From an uncultured Bacteroidales bacterium (GTDB lineage Bacteria; Bacteroidota; Bacteroidia; Bacteroidales; GWA2-32-17), in NCBI GenBank assembly GCA_937960415.1, contig CALGPK010000006.1, positions 1,416 through 65,415 on the forward strand: 64,000 bases of DNA, in the 5' to 3' direction. The notes beneath the pieces are model-generated. The model saw only the letters and a program-made list of their open reading frames with translations. It made no database searches and had not been told where the DNA came from. The position numbers were made by a program, and so were the translations under genes. The first letter of the stretch is position 1; the number at the start of each line of letters is the position of its first letter. This document shows, piece by piece, positions 31,134 to 40,420 of the stretch.

Positions 31134-31637
31134 ATGAGACACGGCAAAACTGTAAATCATCTTGGGAGAAAAAGCGCACACCGTAAAGCCATGTTGTCGA
31201 ATATGGCTGTATCTCTTATTAAGCATAAAGGAATAACAACAACGGTGGCAAAAGCAAAGGCGTTAAAATCGTTTATCGAACCAATTATAACAAGGGCAAA
31301 AGAAGATACAACTCACAATCGACGTGTTGCCTTTAGTTATCTTAAAGACAAAAGTGCCGTTTCGGAATTATTTAAAGAAATAGCTTTGAAAATTGCCGAT
31401 CGTCCGGGAGGTTATACCAGAATATTAAGAATTGGCAAACGCGTTGGCGACAATGCCGATATGTGTCGTATAGAGTTAGTTGACTATAACGAAAATATGT
31501 TGGTTGCTAAAACGGAGGCTAAAACAACTAAAAAAACAAGAACCAGAAGAGCTGGCGGAAAGAAGAAAGAACAAACTAAAACAGAAGAAAACACCGATAA
31601 GCCTGAAAACAACGAAACTAACAAAGCCGCAGAATAG
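31134..31637 (+). CDS. rplQ: 50S ribosomal protein L17 (bL17) with Lys/Glu-rich C-terminal extension
   Basis: [44 protein letters not shown] start and [10 protein letters not shown] motif. Last gene of the alpha operon. Confidence 0.97.
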   Translation: MRHGKTVNHLGRKSAHRKAMLSNMAVSLIKHKGITTTVAKAKALKSFIEPIITRAKEDTTHNRRVAFSYLKDKSAVSELFKEIALKIADRPGGYTRILRIGKRVGDNADMCRIELVDYNENMLVAKTEAKTTKKTRTRRAGGKKKEQTKTEENTDKPENNETNKAAE

Positions 31638-31660
31638 TAAATTTTTTTGCCAAGATAAAA

Positions 31661-31692
31661 GGCTGATGCATAAGCATCAGCCTTTTTGTTTT
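31661..31692 (+). terminator. Rho-independent terminator after rplQ
   Basis: Perfect 9-bp stem GGCTGATGC / GCATCAGCC with loop ATAA, followed by TTTTTGTTTTT. Confidence 0.8.
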
Positions 31693-31711
31693 TGAATTAG
31701 TGTGTACGAAA

Positions 31712-31740
31712 TAAAAAAAGCCGTCGTTTTATTGACAGCT
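31712..31740 (-). terminator. Rho-independent terminator after the tRNA-Gln pair
   Basis: The minus strand reads AGCTGTC-AATAAAAC-GACGGCT, a 7-bp stem with one G-U pair, followed by TTTTTTT. Confidence 0.6.
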
Positions 31741-31760
31741 TTTAAGAAATTTTTTTCCCG

Positions 31761-31831
31761 TTGTCCCGCAGGGACTCGAACCCCGACGTGCAGATCCAGA
31801 GTCTGCTGTGCTACCATTACACAACGGGACA
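31761..31831 (-). tRNA. tRNA-Gln (anticodon CTG)
   Basis: The reverse strand reads TGTCCCGTTGTGTAATGGTAGCACAGCAGACTCTGGATCTGCACGTCGGGGTTCGAGTCCCTGCGGGACAA. It has acceptor TGTCCCG/CGGGACA, anticodon stem GCAGA/TCTGC with loop CTCTGGA, and T-loop GGTTCGAGTCC. No CCA is encoded. Confidence 0.9.
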
Positions 31832-31836
31832 GAACG

Positions 31837-31907
31837 TTGTCCGGCCAGGATTCGAACCTAGACAGGCAGAACCAAAATCTGCAGTGCTACCATTACACCA
31901 CCGGACA
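31837..31907 (-). tRNA. tRNA-Gln (anticodon TTG)
   Basis: The reverse strand reads TGTCCGGTGGTGTAATGGTAGCACTGCAGATTTTGGTTCTGCCTGTCTAGGTTCGAATCCTGGCCGGACAA. It has acceptor TGTCCGG/CCGGACA, anticodon loop TTTTGGT, and T-loop GGTTCGAATCC. No CCA is encoded. Confidence 0.9.
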
Positions 31908-31934
31908 ATTTTATTAAGAACGTTAAATCGGCTG

Positions 31935-31942
31935 CAAATATA
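31935..31942 (-). promoter_or_regulatory. Putative -7 promoter box TATATTTG (TTG 20 nt upstream) for the tRNA-Gln pair
   Basis: The minus strand reads CTTGCACAACTCAAAAAAAAAATCTATATTTGCAGCC. The box lies 27 nt upstream of the first tRNA 5' end. Confidence 0.5.
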
Positions 31943-32003
31943 GATTTTTTTTTTGAGTTGTGCAAGAAAATGGAAATTTTATTTTGTGTTTTTATAATCT
32001 CTG

Positions 32004-34595
32004 TTAGCTACACTTTGAGTACCCGCAGTTTTGACAGGTTAAGCAGCCTTCTTTATATATCAGTGCATCTTGACCACAATTTGGACAAATGGCTCCTTTC
32101 TTGGGTTTTGCTCCGTCGGGAATGTAACGTTTCAGTGCGCGTTCAACTCCTGCTTTCCAGGTATTGATGCTATCGCTATCGAGCTGTAATGATGATACCA
32201 GATTGATAACGTCAGTGATAGGCATTCCGTATCTTAATACTCCCGATATAAGTTTGGCGTAGTTCCAAAATTCTTTGTCGAACATACGTGATAGCCCTTC
32301 GATGGTTGTTTTGTAGCCGTGTTTATCGATGTATTGGAAATCGTAACGAGTATTGCCTTCTTCGTCTTTATTTTTTATAATGTAACCACGTTTGACCGAT
32401 TTGGGTATATTTAACGCATCTTCGTCGTCAATACCGGTAAATATTTCGTAAGGCTTACCATCAAGAAGGCCAACAAATGCAATCCATTTTTCGTTGTTGT
32501 TTTGGAAACGAACAACATCGGCTTCTAATACTTTTGGGCGTTTTTTTACTTCGAACGGAAGTGTTTCAGGTGCAGTATTTTTCTTTTTGTCATTCGAGAT
32601 GAGGACCCCCGATCGGCTGCCTTCGCGATATACGGTTATGCCCTTGCAACCACTTTCCCATCCAGTTTCGTACACTTTAGCAACAATTTCTTCGGTTACA
32701 TTTTCGGGTAAATTAACGGTAACACTAATCGAGTGGTCTACCCATTTTTGTATTTGACCTTGCATTTTAACCTTTTGGACCCAATCTACATCGTTAGCTG
32801 TGGCTTTGTAATAAGGCGATTTTTGCACTAATTCTTCAATCTGTTGATCGTTATAATATTTTACTTCTTCTAATTGATAACCATTGTTTTCTAACCATGT
32901 AACAAATTTGTGATGAAAAACAGTATATTCTTCCCACGAATCGCCAACTTCGTCGACAAATGTAACTTTAACATTTTTATCGTTTGGATTAACTTTTCTA
33001 CGACGTTTATAAACAGGCCTGAAAACCGGTTCAATACCTGATGTGGTTTGTGTAAGAATACTGGTTGAACCTGTTGGTGCAATGGTAAGTAGCGAAATAT
33101 TGCGTCGTCCGTAACGAATCATTTCTTTGTAAAGTTCTGGATCGGCTTCTTTAATACGATTTATGAATGGATTCTTTTCTTCTCGCTTACTATCGTAGAT
33201 TGGGAAAGGTCCTCTTTCGCGAGCAGTCTGTACCGACGAACGATAAACTTCTATGGCAAGAGTTTTATGGACACGGGTAGAGAATTCGATAGCTTCTTCG
33301 CTACCATAGCGTAAACCGAGTGCAGCAAGCATATCGCCTTCGGCAGTAATCCCAATGCCAGTACGTCGTCCTTGTATGGCTTTTATTCTAATCTTTTCCC
33401 ACAGTCTGCGTTCGGTATGTTTTACTTCTTCCGATTCGGGATCGCTATCTATTTTTTCGAGTATGGCATCTATTTTTTCAAGTTCTAGATCGATAATGTC
33501 GTCCATAATGCGTTGTGCATAGTGTGCATGCTTTTTAAATAAATCGAAATCGAAAAAGGCATTGGGTGTAAAAGGATTAACAACATATCCGTATAAATTA
33601 ATGGCTAATAAACGACAGCTATCGTACGGGCAAAGAGGGATTTCGCCGCAAGGGTTTGTTGCAACGGTTCTGAATCCTAAATCGGCATAGCAGTCGGCAA
33701 CCGATTCTCTAATAATAGTATCCCAGAATAAAATTCCAGGTTCAGCCGATTTCCATGCATTGTGTATAATTTTTTTCCAAAGTGCAGCAGCGTTTACTTC
33801 TTTTTTTACTTTTGGATTGGGGCTATCGATAGGATATTGTTGTATATAAGGCAATCCATTGATGGCAGCATGCATAAATTCGTCGTCAATTTTTACCGAA
33901 ACATTGGCGCCGGTAACTTTTCCTGCTTCAAGTTTTGCATCGATAAAGCTTTCTGCGTCGGGATGTTTGATCGACACGGTAAGCATAAGAGCTCCACGGC
34001 GACCATCTTGTGCAACTTCGCGTGTGCTATTGCTGTATCGCTCCATAAAAGGAACTAAACCGGTTGAAGTGAGAGCACTATTTAGAACCGGGCTACCGGC
34101 CGGACGAATGTGACTCAAATCGTGACCTACACCTCCACGCCGCTTCATGAGTTGAACTTGCTCTTCGTCTATTTTCATAATGCCACCATAGGAGTCACTA
34201 TTGCCTTCGATACCTATTACAAAGCAGTTTGAGAGAGAAGCAATTTGAAAATTATTTCCTATACCTGACATAGGACTCCCCTGAGGAACAATGTAGCGAA
34301 AATCTTTAAGTAGTTCGTAAATTTCAGAAGCAGATAAAGGATTGGGATATTTTTTTTCGATGCGGGCAATTTCGTTGGCTATACGCCAATGCATGTCTTC
34401 GGGGCTTTTTTCGTAAATATTGCCTTTTGAATCTTTGAGGGCGTATTTTGTAACCCACACTTTGGCTGCCAATTCATCGCCTTTGAAATACTCCAAAGCA
34501 CCTTGAAAAGCTTCTTCAAATGAATAGATTTTATGTTCCTGATTTTGAGCAACTTCTATTTCTCTCATGTTTTTTGTTTCCACCAGTGTTTCCAT
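32004..34595 (-). CDS. nrdJ: Class II (adenosylcobalamin-dependent) ribonucleotide reductase
   Basis: 863 aa. Active-site loop ATNPCGEIPL. N-terminal region is of the RYLxKD type (KYALKDSKGNIYEKSPEDMHWRIA). C-terminal zinc ribbon CPNCG...CQNCG. No nrdB-like neighbour. Size and continuity give no sign of an intein. Confidence 0.85.
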   Translation of the reverse strand: METLVETKNMREIEVAQNQEHKIYSFEEAFQGALEYFKGDELAAKVWVTKYALKDSKGNIYEKSPEDMHWRIANEIARIEKKYPNPLSASEIYELLKDFRYIVPQGSPMSGIGNNFQIASLSNCFVIGIEGNSDSYGGIMKIDEEQVQLMKRRGGVGHDLSHIRPAGSPVLNSALTSTGLVPFMERYSNSTREVAQDGRRGALMLTVSIKHPDAESFIDAKLEAGKVTGANVSVKIDDEFMHAAINGLPYIQQYPIDSPNPKVKKEVNAAALWKKIIHNAWKSAEPGILFWDTIIRESVADCYADLGFRTVATNPCGEIPLCPYDSCRLLAINLYGYVVNPFTPNAFFDFDLFKKHAHYAQRIMDDIIDLELEKIDAILEKIDSDPESEEVKHTERRLWEKIRIKAIQGRRTGIGITAEGDMLAALGLRYGSEEAIEFSTRVHKTLAIEVYRSSVQTARERGPFPIYDSKREEKNPFINRIKEADPELYKEMIRYGRRNISLLTIAPTGSTSILTQTTSGIEPVFRPVYKRRRKVNPNDKNVKVTFVDEVGDSWEEYTVFHHKFVTWLENNGYQLEEVKYYNDQQIEELVQKSPYYKATANDVDWVQKVKMQGQIQKWVDHSISVTVNLPENVTEEIVAKVYETGWESGCKGITVYREGSRSGVLISNDKKKNTAPETLPFEVKKRPKVLEADVVRFQNNNEKWIAFVGLLDGKPYEIFTGIDDEDALNIPKSVKRGYIIKNKDEEGNTRYDFQYIDKHGYKTTIEGLSRMFDKEFWNYAKLISGVLRYGMPITDVINLVSSLQLDSDSINTWKAGVERALKRYIPDGAKPKKGAICPNCGQDALIYKEGCLTCQNCGYSKCS

Positions 34596-34769
34596 TTTTA
34601 ATATCTAATTATTACAATATCAAATGAATAACTTTTTAAAATTCGTTGAGCAAATTATATCATTTTCTTTTTTTTTTCTAATTAAGTTTTTAACAAGCTT
34701 ATCAACAGTTTTCGAATGGTAAGTAAAAAAATTGATTATGAATAATATCTGTTTTTTGTTAATAAAATG

Positions 34770-34777
34770 CAAAAGTT
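34770..34777 (-). promoter_or_regulatory. Possible nrdJ promoter, near-consensus -7 box AACTTTTG followed by CA
   Basis: It has one mismatch to TAnnTTTG (A for the first T). It shares the TTTGCA extension seen at several other boxes here. If real, it would give a leader of roughly 165-175 nt. Confidence 0.25.
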
Positions 34778-34848
34778 GTTAATAGTCAGAACAACAATAA
34801 CTTAACATTTTATTAACATAAATTGTTCATAATATAAGGTTAATTTCA

Positions 34849-35544
34849 TTATTTTGGCATTTGGCTGATTTCGAAGTATTTCCATAATTTTTCGTTGGGT
34901 ACAGGTGCTACTATGGATATAATTTCGTGACTAACAGGGTGTTCGAATTCTATAAACCGAGAGTGAAGCGATATGCTGTAATCGTTGTTGAATCGTGGAA
35001 ATCCGTATTTTACGTCGCCTTTAATAGGGCATTGTATATGTGCAAGCTGACAGCGTATTTGGTGATGACGACCCGTGTACAATGTAATTTCCCACAAATA
35101 ATATCGATCCGATTTACAAAGGATTTCGTATTCGAGTATGGCAAGCTTTGCATTTTTTCTGTCTTTGTCGACTACGTATGTTTTATTTTTAGCCTCGTTG
35201 CGGTTAAGGTAATGTTCAAGTCTTCCTACTTTTTTGTCGGGGGCATTTGCTGTTATAGCCCAATACTTTTTTTTGATGAGGTGTTCTTGTTGCATGTGAT
35301 TTAATCGAGCAAGTGCCTTACTTGACTTGGCAAACAAAACAGCTCCGCTTACAGGTCTATCTAAACGATGTATTACTCCTAAAAAAACGTTGCCGGTTTT
35401 TCTATCACGTAATTTAATAAAATCTTTAAGTGAATTTTCGAGTGCAGTATTTTGGTTTTTGTCGGGCTGAACCAATTCGCCGGGTTGTTTATTATATATT
35501 ATAATGTGATGATCTTCGTATAATATGTTTTCGGTTACAATCAT
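34849..35544 (-). CDS. RluA-family pseudouridine synthase
   Basis: 231 aa. Catalytic motif GVIHRLDRPVSGAVLFAK and C-terminal GRHHQIRCQLA motif. It has no S4 domain. Confidence 0.85.
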   Translation of the reverse strand: MIVTENILYEDHHIIIYNKQPGELVQPDKNQNTALENSLKDFIKLRDRKTGNVFLGVIHRLDRPVSGAVLFAKSSKALARLNHMQQEHLIKKKYWAITANAPDKKVGRLEHYLNRNEAKNKTYVVDKDRKNAKLAILEYEILCKSDRYYLWEITLYTGRHHQIRCQLAHIQCPIKGDVKYGFPRFNNDYSISLHSRFIEFEHPVSHEIISIVAPVPNEKLWKYFEISQMPK

Positions 35545-36512
35545 ACACAGGTCGATGTATTATATTTATCAAAATCTTGTTCGCTAATGACACCAATTAT
35601 TGTGAGTTTTTTGTACCAGTTGCCTATTGATAAAATTTTCAAAATAATAAAAGCTACGATGGTTCTCGATAAAAAGATTATCCAGAAATTGCCCCCTACG
35701 ATAGCAAAGAGCAGTGAATCTTCCACAATGGCATGTGCAAGTACCAGAAAAACGGTAATAAGCGAAGCGTCTTTGTGCTTAATAACTCCTTTTTTGGCAA
35801 ATTGTAACATAATACCCGAACCATAAATGATTCCTAAAAACAAGCCTACAAGCCAAGGCACAATACCTCCTGCCGAAATACCGAAGAAAGATCCAGCAGA
35901 CTGTACATACGGTTTAATTTTTTGCATAAATATCCATTGACGAAGTAAGTCGTACATTAATTGTAGTATAAACACAAGTAGCCATATTTGTATAATAGTT
36001 GTAAAAATACCCATAAATATGTTTATCCAATTGATATCGCTAGTGACTTGTAAATATGGGTTAAGAACAATGCCTTCGATATGTTGAGGCAAGAAAGCGT
36101 TGGCAACAATACCCGACATCAAACCGAGCACTATTCGGAAAAAGGCTATACGATATGTAGCAAACCGAAGTTTAATAAGAATTCCAGTTTCAATAATAAG
36201 ACTGTGTGAAAAACCGATAATAATTCCCAGTATGGTTATTTCTCTAACGGTAAGTTCTAATGCTGGTATGGTAGCTATACCCGCATAAACATTACCAAAA
36301 AACGAGGCCAAAATTGTGATGGATGCCTTTCCCGAGAGTCCCATTAGCTTCATAAGAGGATATAAGTGTGGACTTAACCAATCGAAAAATCCAACCTGTC
36401 GTAATAGCGTTGCAAGAATGGAAAGTGGTACATATATTTTAATGAGTGTCCAGCTGACTTCATTGGCAGCAAGAAAAGCGGTTTTTACAATATTTTTAAA
36501 TATTTCTCTCAT
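35541..36512 (-). CDS. Integral membrane protein, nucleoside-recognition (Gate) domain-like
   Basis: 323 aa and polytopic. The composition and layout resemble Gate-domain membrane proteins; the family call is from memory. It overlaps the downstream rluA-like gene by 4 nt. Confidence 0.5.
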   Translation of the reverse strand: MREIFKNIVKTAFLAANEVSWTLIKIYVPLSILATLLRQVGFFDWLSPHLYPLMKLMGLSGKASITILASFFGNVYAGIATIPALELTVREITILGIIIGFSHSLIIETGILIKLRFATYRIAFFRIVLGLMSGIVANAFLPQHIEGIVLNPYLQVTSDINWINIFMGIFTTIIQIWLLVFILQLMYDLLRQWIFMQKIKPYVQSAGSFFGISAGGIVPWLVGLFLGIIYGSGIMLQFAKKGVIKHKDASLITVFLVLAHAIVEDSLLFAIVGGNFWIIFLSRTIVAFIILKILSIGNWYKKLTIIGVISEQDFDKYNTSTCV

Positions 36513-36563
36513 AAAATGCTCAAAGGTATAATTTTTCTATGTATCAAATATTCGCAAAAACAT

Positions 36564-36571
36564 TATATTTG
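36564..36571 (+). promoter_or_regulatory. Putative -7 promoter box TATATTTG upstream of pepE
   Basis: The sequence CATTATATTTGCAGAAAAAAATG has only 9 nt between the box and the ATG at 36581. This argues against the upstream track start at 36539. Confidence 0.45.
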
Positions 36572-36580
36572 CAGAAAAAA

Positions 36581-37282
36581 ATGAAACTGTTATTATTTAG
36601 CAATTCAACCAATGTAGGCGAAGAGTATTTTACTTATCCTTTACCCTACATTAAAGAATTTTTGACTGGCTTGCCGGTAGAAAATATTGTTTTTGTGCCG
36701 TATGCTGCTGTTACATTTTCGTATGATGAATACGAAGAAAAAGTAAATGCAAAGCTGGCAACTATTGGGATTAACGTAAAAGGTGTTCATCGATTTAACG
36801 ATCCAGTTAATGCAATAGCTTCTGCCGATGTAATTATGATTGGTGGTGGCAATACTTTTAATTTGTTAAAAGAATGTTATCGTTACAATATTTTGCAAAC
36901 TATTCGTGAATCTGTGAAAAGAGGTACTCCTTATATTGGTTGGAGTGCAGGTAGTAATTTGGCTTGCCCCACCATTTGTACTACCAACGATATGCCTATT
37001 GTGCAACCGCCAAGCTTCGATGCGCTGGGGTTGATTTCCTTTCAGATAAACCCGCACTACTTAGATTCAAACCCCGATGGACATGCCGGAGAGACCAGAG
37101 AGCAGCGAATAATGGAATATTTAGCAGCCAATCCAACAAAAACAGTGGTAGGCCTAAGAGAAGGTTGTTGGTTAACTATTGATGGTAGCCGTATTGTACT
37201 AAACGGTTCGAAACCAGCACGTATATTTAAGTATAAACACGAGCCAATAGAGCATCCGGTTGGTAAAGAGTTAGTTTTGTAA
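36581..37282 (+). CDS. pepE: Dipeptidase E (peptidase S51, Asp-X dipeptidase)
   Basis: It is collinear with E. coli PepE as I recall it: MKLLLFSNST, IMIGGGNTFNLLKECY, YIGWSAGSNLACPTICTTNDMPIV, QINPHY and GETREQRI. Confidence 0.9.
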   Translation: MKLLLFSNSTNVGEEYFTYPLPYIKEFLTGLPVENIVFVPYAAVTFSYDEYEEKVNAKLATIGINVKGVHRFNDPVNAIASADVIMIGGGNTFNLLKECYRYNILQTIRESVKRGTPYIGWSAGSNLACPTICTTNDMPIVQPPSFDALGLISFQINPHYLDSNPDGHAGETREQRIMEYLAANPTKTVVGLREGCWLTIDGSRIVLNGSKPARIFKYKHEPIEHPVGKELVL

Positions 37283-37321
37283 ATATCTGAAATAATATTT
37301 TGATATTTCCTAAAAAAACTT

Positions 37322-37329
37322 TACGTTTG
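37322..37329 (+). promoter_or_regulatory. Putative promoter of secDF: TTTG-N19-TACGTTTG
   Basis: Exact -7 box TACGTTTG with a TTTG at 37299-37302 and a 19-nt spacer, the textbook Bacteroidota arrangement. It lies 52 nt upstream of the ATG. Confidence 0.6.
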
Positions 37330-37381
37330 CACCTTAATTTTTGAACGTAAAAATTATTGTAAATACTAAATTTATAGACAC

Positions 37382-40363
37382 ATGCAAAATAAAGGGTTTA
37401 TTAAGTTTTTTGCAGTAGCGTTAGCCTTAGCAGCTATTTTTCAGTTATCGTTTACATTTGTTGTGAAAAAAGTAGAACGTGATGCACGCGAATATGCTCA
37501 AGGCGATTTGAAAAAAGAATCGTTTTACCTCGATTCTATAGCTAACGAACCAGTGTATAACTTTTTATGGTTAAAAAATTACACATTTCGCGAATGTCAG
37601 GAAAAAGAAATTAACCTGGGTTTGGACTTGAAAGGTGGGATGAATGTAACACTCGAAGTTTCGTTGGTAGATGTTTTACGTTCGTTGGCTCATTATACTA
37701 CCGATACAACTTTTAACAAAGCCATCGAAAAAGCTAAAGAACTCCAGAAAAATAGCGGTGAAGATTTTATAACACTTTTCGGAAAAGCTTTTCAGCAATT
37801 AGATCCTGGTGCCAGATTATCGGCTTATTTTATGTCCAAAGAATTGAAAATTGATTTTAATACACCCAATGAAGTAGTTTTAAATATTATTCGTAAAGAA
37901 GCCGAAAGTGCTATCAACAATTCCTACAATGTATTGCGCAATCGTATCGACCGTTTTGGTGTTACTCAGCCCAACATTCAACGATTGTCCAATTCGGGCA
38001 GAATTTTGGTAGAATTGCCCGGAGTTAAAGATCCTGAGCGTGTTCGTAAACTTTTACAAGGAACTGCTAATCTTGAATTTTGGGAAACTTACGACAATCA
38101 GGAAGTATATCCATTGCTCGAAAAAGCAAACGAAGTTTTGGCACAGTTGCTTTCAACAGAGAAGGATACATTAAAAAAGACCAGCGATACAAGTCAAATA
38201 GCTCAAGATACCACAGCAGGTTCGCTGCTTGAAAAAATTAAGGCACAAAAAGATACAACTAAAAAAGAAGAAACAACACCCGAACAATTTAGAAAAAATA
38301 ATCCATTATTTGCTGTATTGTATCCCAGCATCGACAACGATAAGCGTCTGGCAAAAGGAGCTGCAGTGGGTTTAGTTTTAGCCAAAGATACGGCTACGGT
38401 AAACAAATACTTGTCGATGAAACAAGTTAAATCATTGTTTCCAAGTAGTTTGCGCTTTTTATGGTCGTACAAACCACTTAAAAAAACACAAATTTATCAG
38501 CTTATAGCAATAAAAGTAGATCCTCGAAAAAATCAGGCTCCTCTCGATGGTTCGTATATTACTTCAGCACGTGTAGAATTTAACAACTTAACCAATGAGC
38601 CCGAAGTTTCGATGTCGATGAACGCCGAAGGAGCAAAGGAATGGGCATTATTAACCCGTCAGAACATAGGCAAGCAAATTGCTATTGTACTCGATAATTA
38701 TGTTTATTCTTTCCCTGTTGTTCGTCAGGAAATTAAGGGTGGAAATTCGTCTATTTCAGGTGGTTTTACATTGGAAGAAGCAACCGATCTTGCTAATGTA
38801 TTAAAATCGGGTAAATTGCCTGCACCAGCAGTTATTATCGAAGAGGCTATCGTTGGTCCTACGTTAGGTAAAGAAAGTATCAATGCCGGTTTAATTTCGT
38901 TTATTATAGCTTTTATACTGGTACTGCTTTATATGATTTTCTTCTATGGAAAACCCGGTATGATTGCTGACATAGCATTGCTTACAAACGTATTTTTCTT
39001 GATAGGTGTATTGGCTTCATTGGGTGCAGTATTAACCTTGCCCGGTATTGCCGGTATTGTACTCACCCTGGGTATGGCTGTTGATGCCAACGTTATTATA
39101 TATGAACGCATACGCGAAGAGTTAAAAGCAGGTAAGGGCATTAAGTTGGCTTTGTCGGACGGTTATAAAAACGCATATTCGGCAATTATAGATGGTAACG
39201 TTACAACCATTATAACCGGTATTGTGCTGTATGCTTTTGGTAGTGGACCTATTCAGGGGTTTGCCACAACACTCATCATAGGTATTCTTACTTCATTGTT
39301 TACAGCTATTTTCATATCTCGATTGATTTTTGAGTATGGTTTTACGAAAAACTGGAATCTTGTTTTCGATACCCGTATTACTCGAAACTTCCTAGATAAC
39401 GTTAAGTTCGATTTTATTAAACTGCATCGTTATGCTTATATGTTTTCTTCTACGGTGATTATTTTAGGTATTATTAGCTTATTTACCAGAGGATTAAGTT
39501 GGAGCATCGACTTTACAGGTGGTAGAACTTATGTTGTTCGAATGGATCAAAATCTAAAAGTAACGCAAGTCCGTGCTGCTTTGGCAAAGGAATTTGGCGA
39601 AGCTCCCGAAGTAAAAACTTTTGGTGCCGACAATCAGATGCGTATTACTACCAAATATTTAATTGATGAAAATACAGCCGAATCCGATAGTATTGTAGAA
39701 CGTAAATTGTATGAAGGTCTTAAAACATTATTCGTAAAACCTATTGAATTCGAAGATTTTAGTAGCTCCACAAGAGTAAGTGAAGTAGGTATTATGAGTT
39801 CAACTAAAGTAGGACCAACTATTGCCGATGACATTAAAGTTGAATCGGTTATTGCTTTATTATTGGCGTTATTAGCTATCTTTATCTACATAGCAATTCG
39901 TTTCCGTCAGTGGCAATGGGGCTTAGGTGGGGTTATTGCTCTTTTTCACGATTCGATGTTTGTTATTTCCTTCTTTAGTTTCTTTAATGGCATATTGCCA
40001 TTTAATTTAGATATCGATCAGGCATTTATAGCTGCATTGTTAACGGTTATTGGTTATTCAATTAACGATACGGTTATTATTTTTGACCGTATTCGCGAAT
40101 ACAGAACTCTTCATCCACGTTGGGAATTACCGGTTGCTATTAACAATGCTATTAATTCTACATTACGTCGCACTATAAATACCGCCGGTACAACCATCGT
40201 TGTATTATTGGCTATCTTCATTTTTGGCGGCGAAGTGCTTCGTGGGTTTATTTTTGCTTTATTGGTAGGTATTATTATCGGTACTTATTCTTCGGTGTTC
40301 GTAGCTACTCCTATTGCCTATGATATTTTGAAAAAGAAGCAAAAAAAATTAAAGAGTAATTAG
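37382..40363 (+). CDS. secDF: Protein translocase subunit SecDF (fused)
   Basis: 993 aa. The SecD part contains LGLDLKGGMNVTLEV, the large periplasmic domain and VGPTLG. The SecF part contains IDFTGGRTYVV. Two 6-TM RND-like bundles are present. Confidence 0.95.
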   Translation: MQNKGFIKFFAVALALAAIFQLSFTFVVKKVERDAREYAQGDLKKESFYLDSIANEPVYNFLWLKNYTFRECQEKEINLGLDLKGGMNVTLEVSLVDVLRSLAHYTTDTTFNKAIEKAKELQKNSGEDFITLFGKAFQQLDPGARLSAYFMSKELKIDFNTPNEVVLNIIRKEAESAINNSYNVLRNRIDRFGVTQPNIQRLSNSGRILVELPGVKDPERVRKLLQGTANLEFWETYDNQEVYPLLEKANEVLAQLLSTEKDTLKKTSDTSQIAQDTTAGSLLEKIKAQKDTTKKEETTPEQFRKNNPLFAVLYPSIDNDKRLAKGAAVGLVLAKDTATVNKYLSMKQVKSLFPSSLRFLWSYKPLKKTQIYQLIAIKVDPRKNQAPLDGSYITSARVEFNNLTNEPEVSMSMNAEGAKEWALLTRQNIGKQIAIVLDNYVYSFPVVRQEIKGGNSSISGGFTLEEATDLANVLKSGKLPAPAVIIEEAIVGPTLGKESINAGLISFIIAFILVLLYMIFFYGKPGMIADIALLTNVFFLIGVLASLGAVLTLPGIAGIVLTLGMAVDANVIIYERIREELKAGKGIKLALSDGYKNAYSAIIDGNVTTIITGIVLYAFGSGPIQGFATTLIIGILTSLFTAIFISRLIFEYGFTKNWNLVFDTRITRNFLDNVKFDFIKLHRYAYMFSSTVIILGIISLFTRGLSWSIDFTGGRTYVVRMDQNLKVTQVRAALAKEFGEAPEVKTFGADNQMRITTKYLIDENTAESDSIVERKLYEGLKTLFVKPIEFEDFSSSTRVSEVGIMSSTKVGPTIADDIKVESVIALLLALLAIFIYIAIRFRQWQWGLGGVIALFHDSMFVISFFSFFNGILPFNLDIDQAFIAALLTVIGYSINDTVIIFDRIREYRTLHPRWELPVAINNAINSTLRRTINTAGTTIVVLLAIFIFGGEVLRGFIFALLVGIIIGTYSSVFVATPIAYDILKKKQKKLKSN

Positions 40364-40385
40364 TTTTAAAAATTTTTGTATAACG

Positions 40386-40420
40386 AAAAAGGCTGTCTAA
40401 AAAGGATAGCCTTTTTATTT
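40386..40420. terminator. Bidirectional terminator between secDF and the convergent flippase gene
   Basis: 8-bp stem AGGCTGTC / GATAGCCT with one G-T pair and a 7-nt loop. It is flanked by AAAAA upstream and TTTTTATTTT downstream. It overlaps the stop codon of the minus-strand gene. Confidence 0.65.

Noticed and set aside
31702-31943. Two overlapping 60-71-aa plus-strand ORFs (31702-31917 and 31761-31943).
   Set aside because: They are translations of the antisense of two well-folding tRNA-Gln genes and their spacer. They are not coding.
32004-34595. Possible intein or split in the large RNR gene.
   Set aside because: The single 863-aa frame is uninterrupted, and its length is normal for monomeric/dimeric NrdJ with a C-terminal zinc ribbon. 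No Hint/endonuclease block motifs were seen.
34596-34848. Cobalamin riboswitch or NrdR operator upstream of the B12-dependent nrdJ.
   Set aside because: I could not find the conserved B12-box core or GC-rich paired regions. There are no tandem NrdR-type palindromes. The only inverted repeat (GTTGTT-N9-AACAAC) is short and AT-context. The region is kept only as a low-interest long leader.
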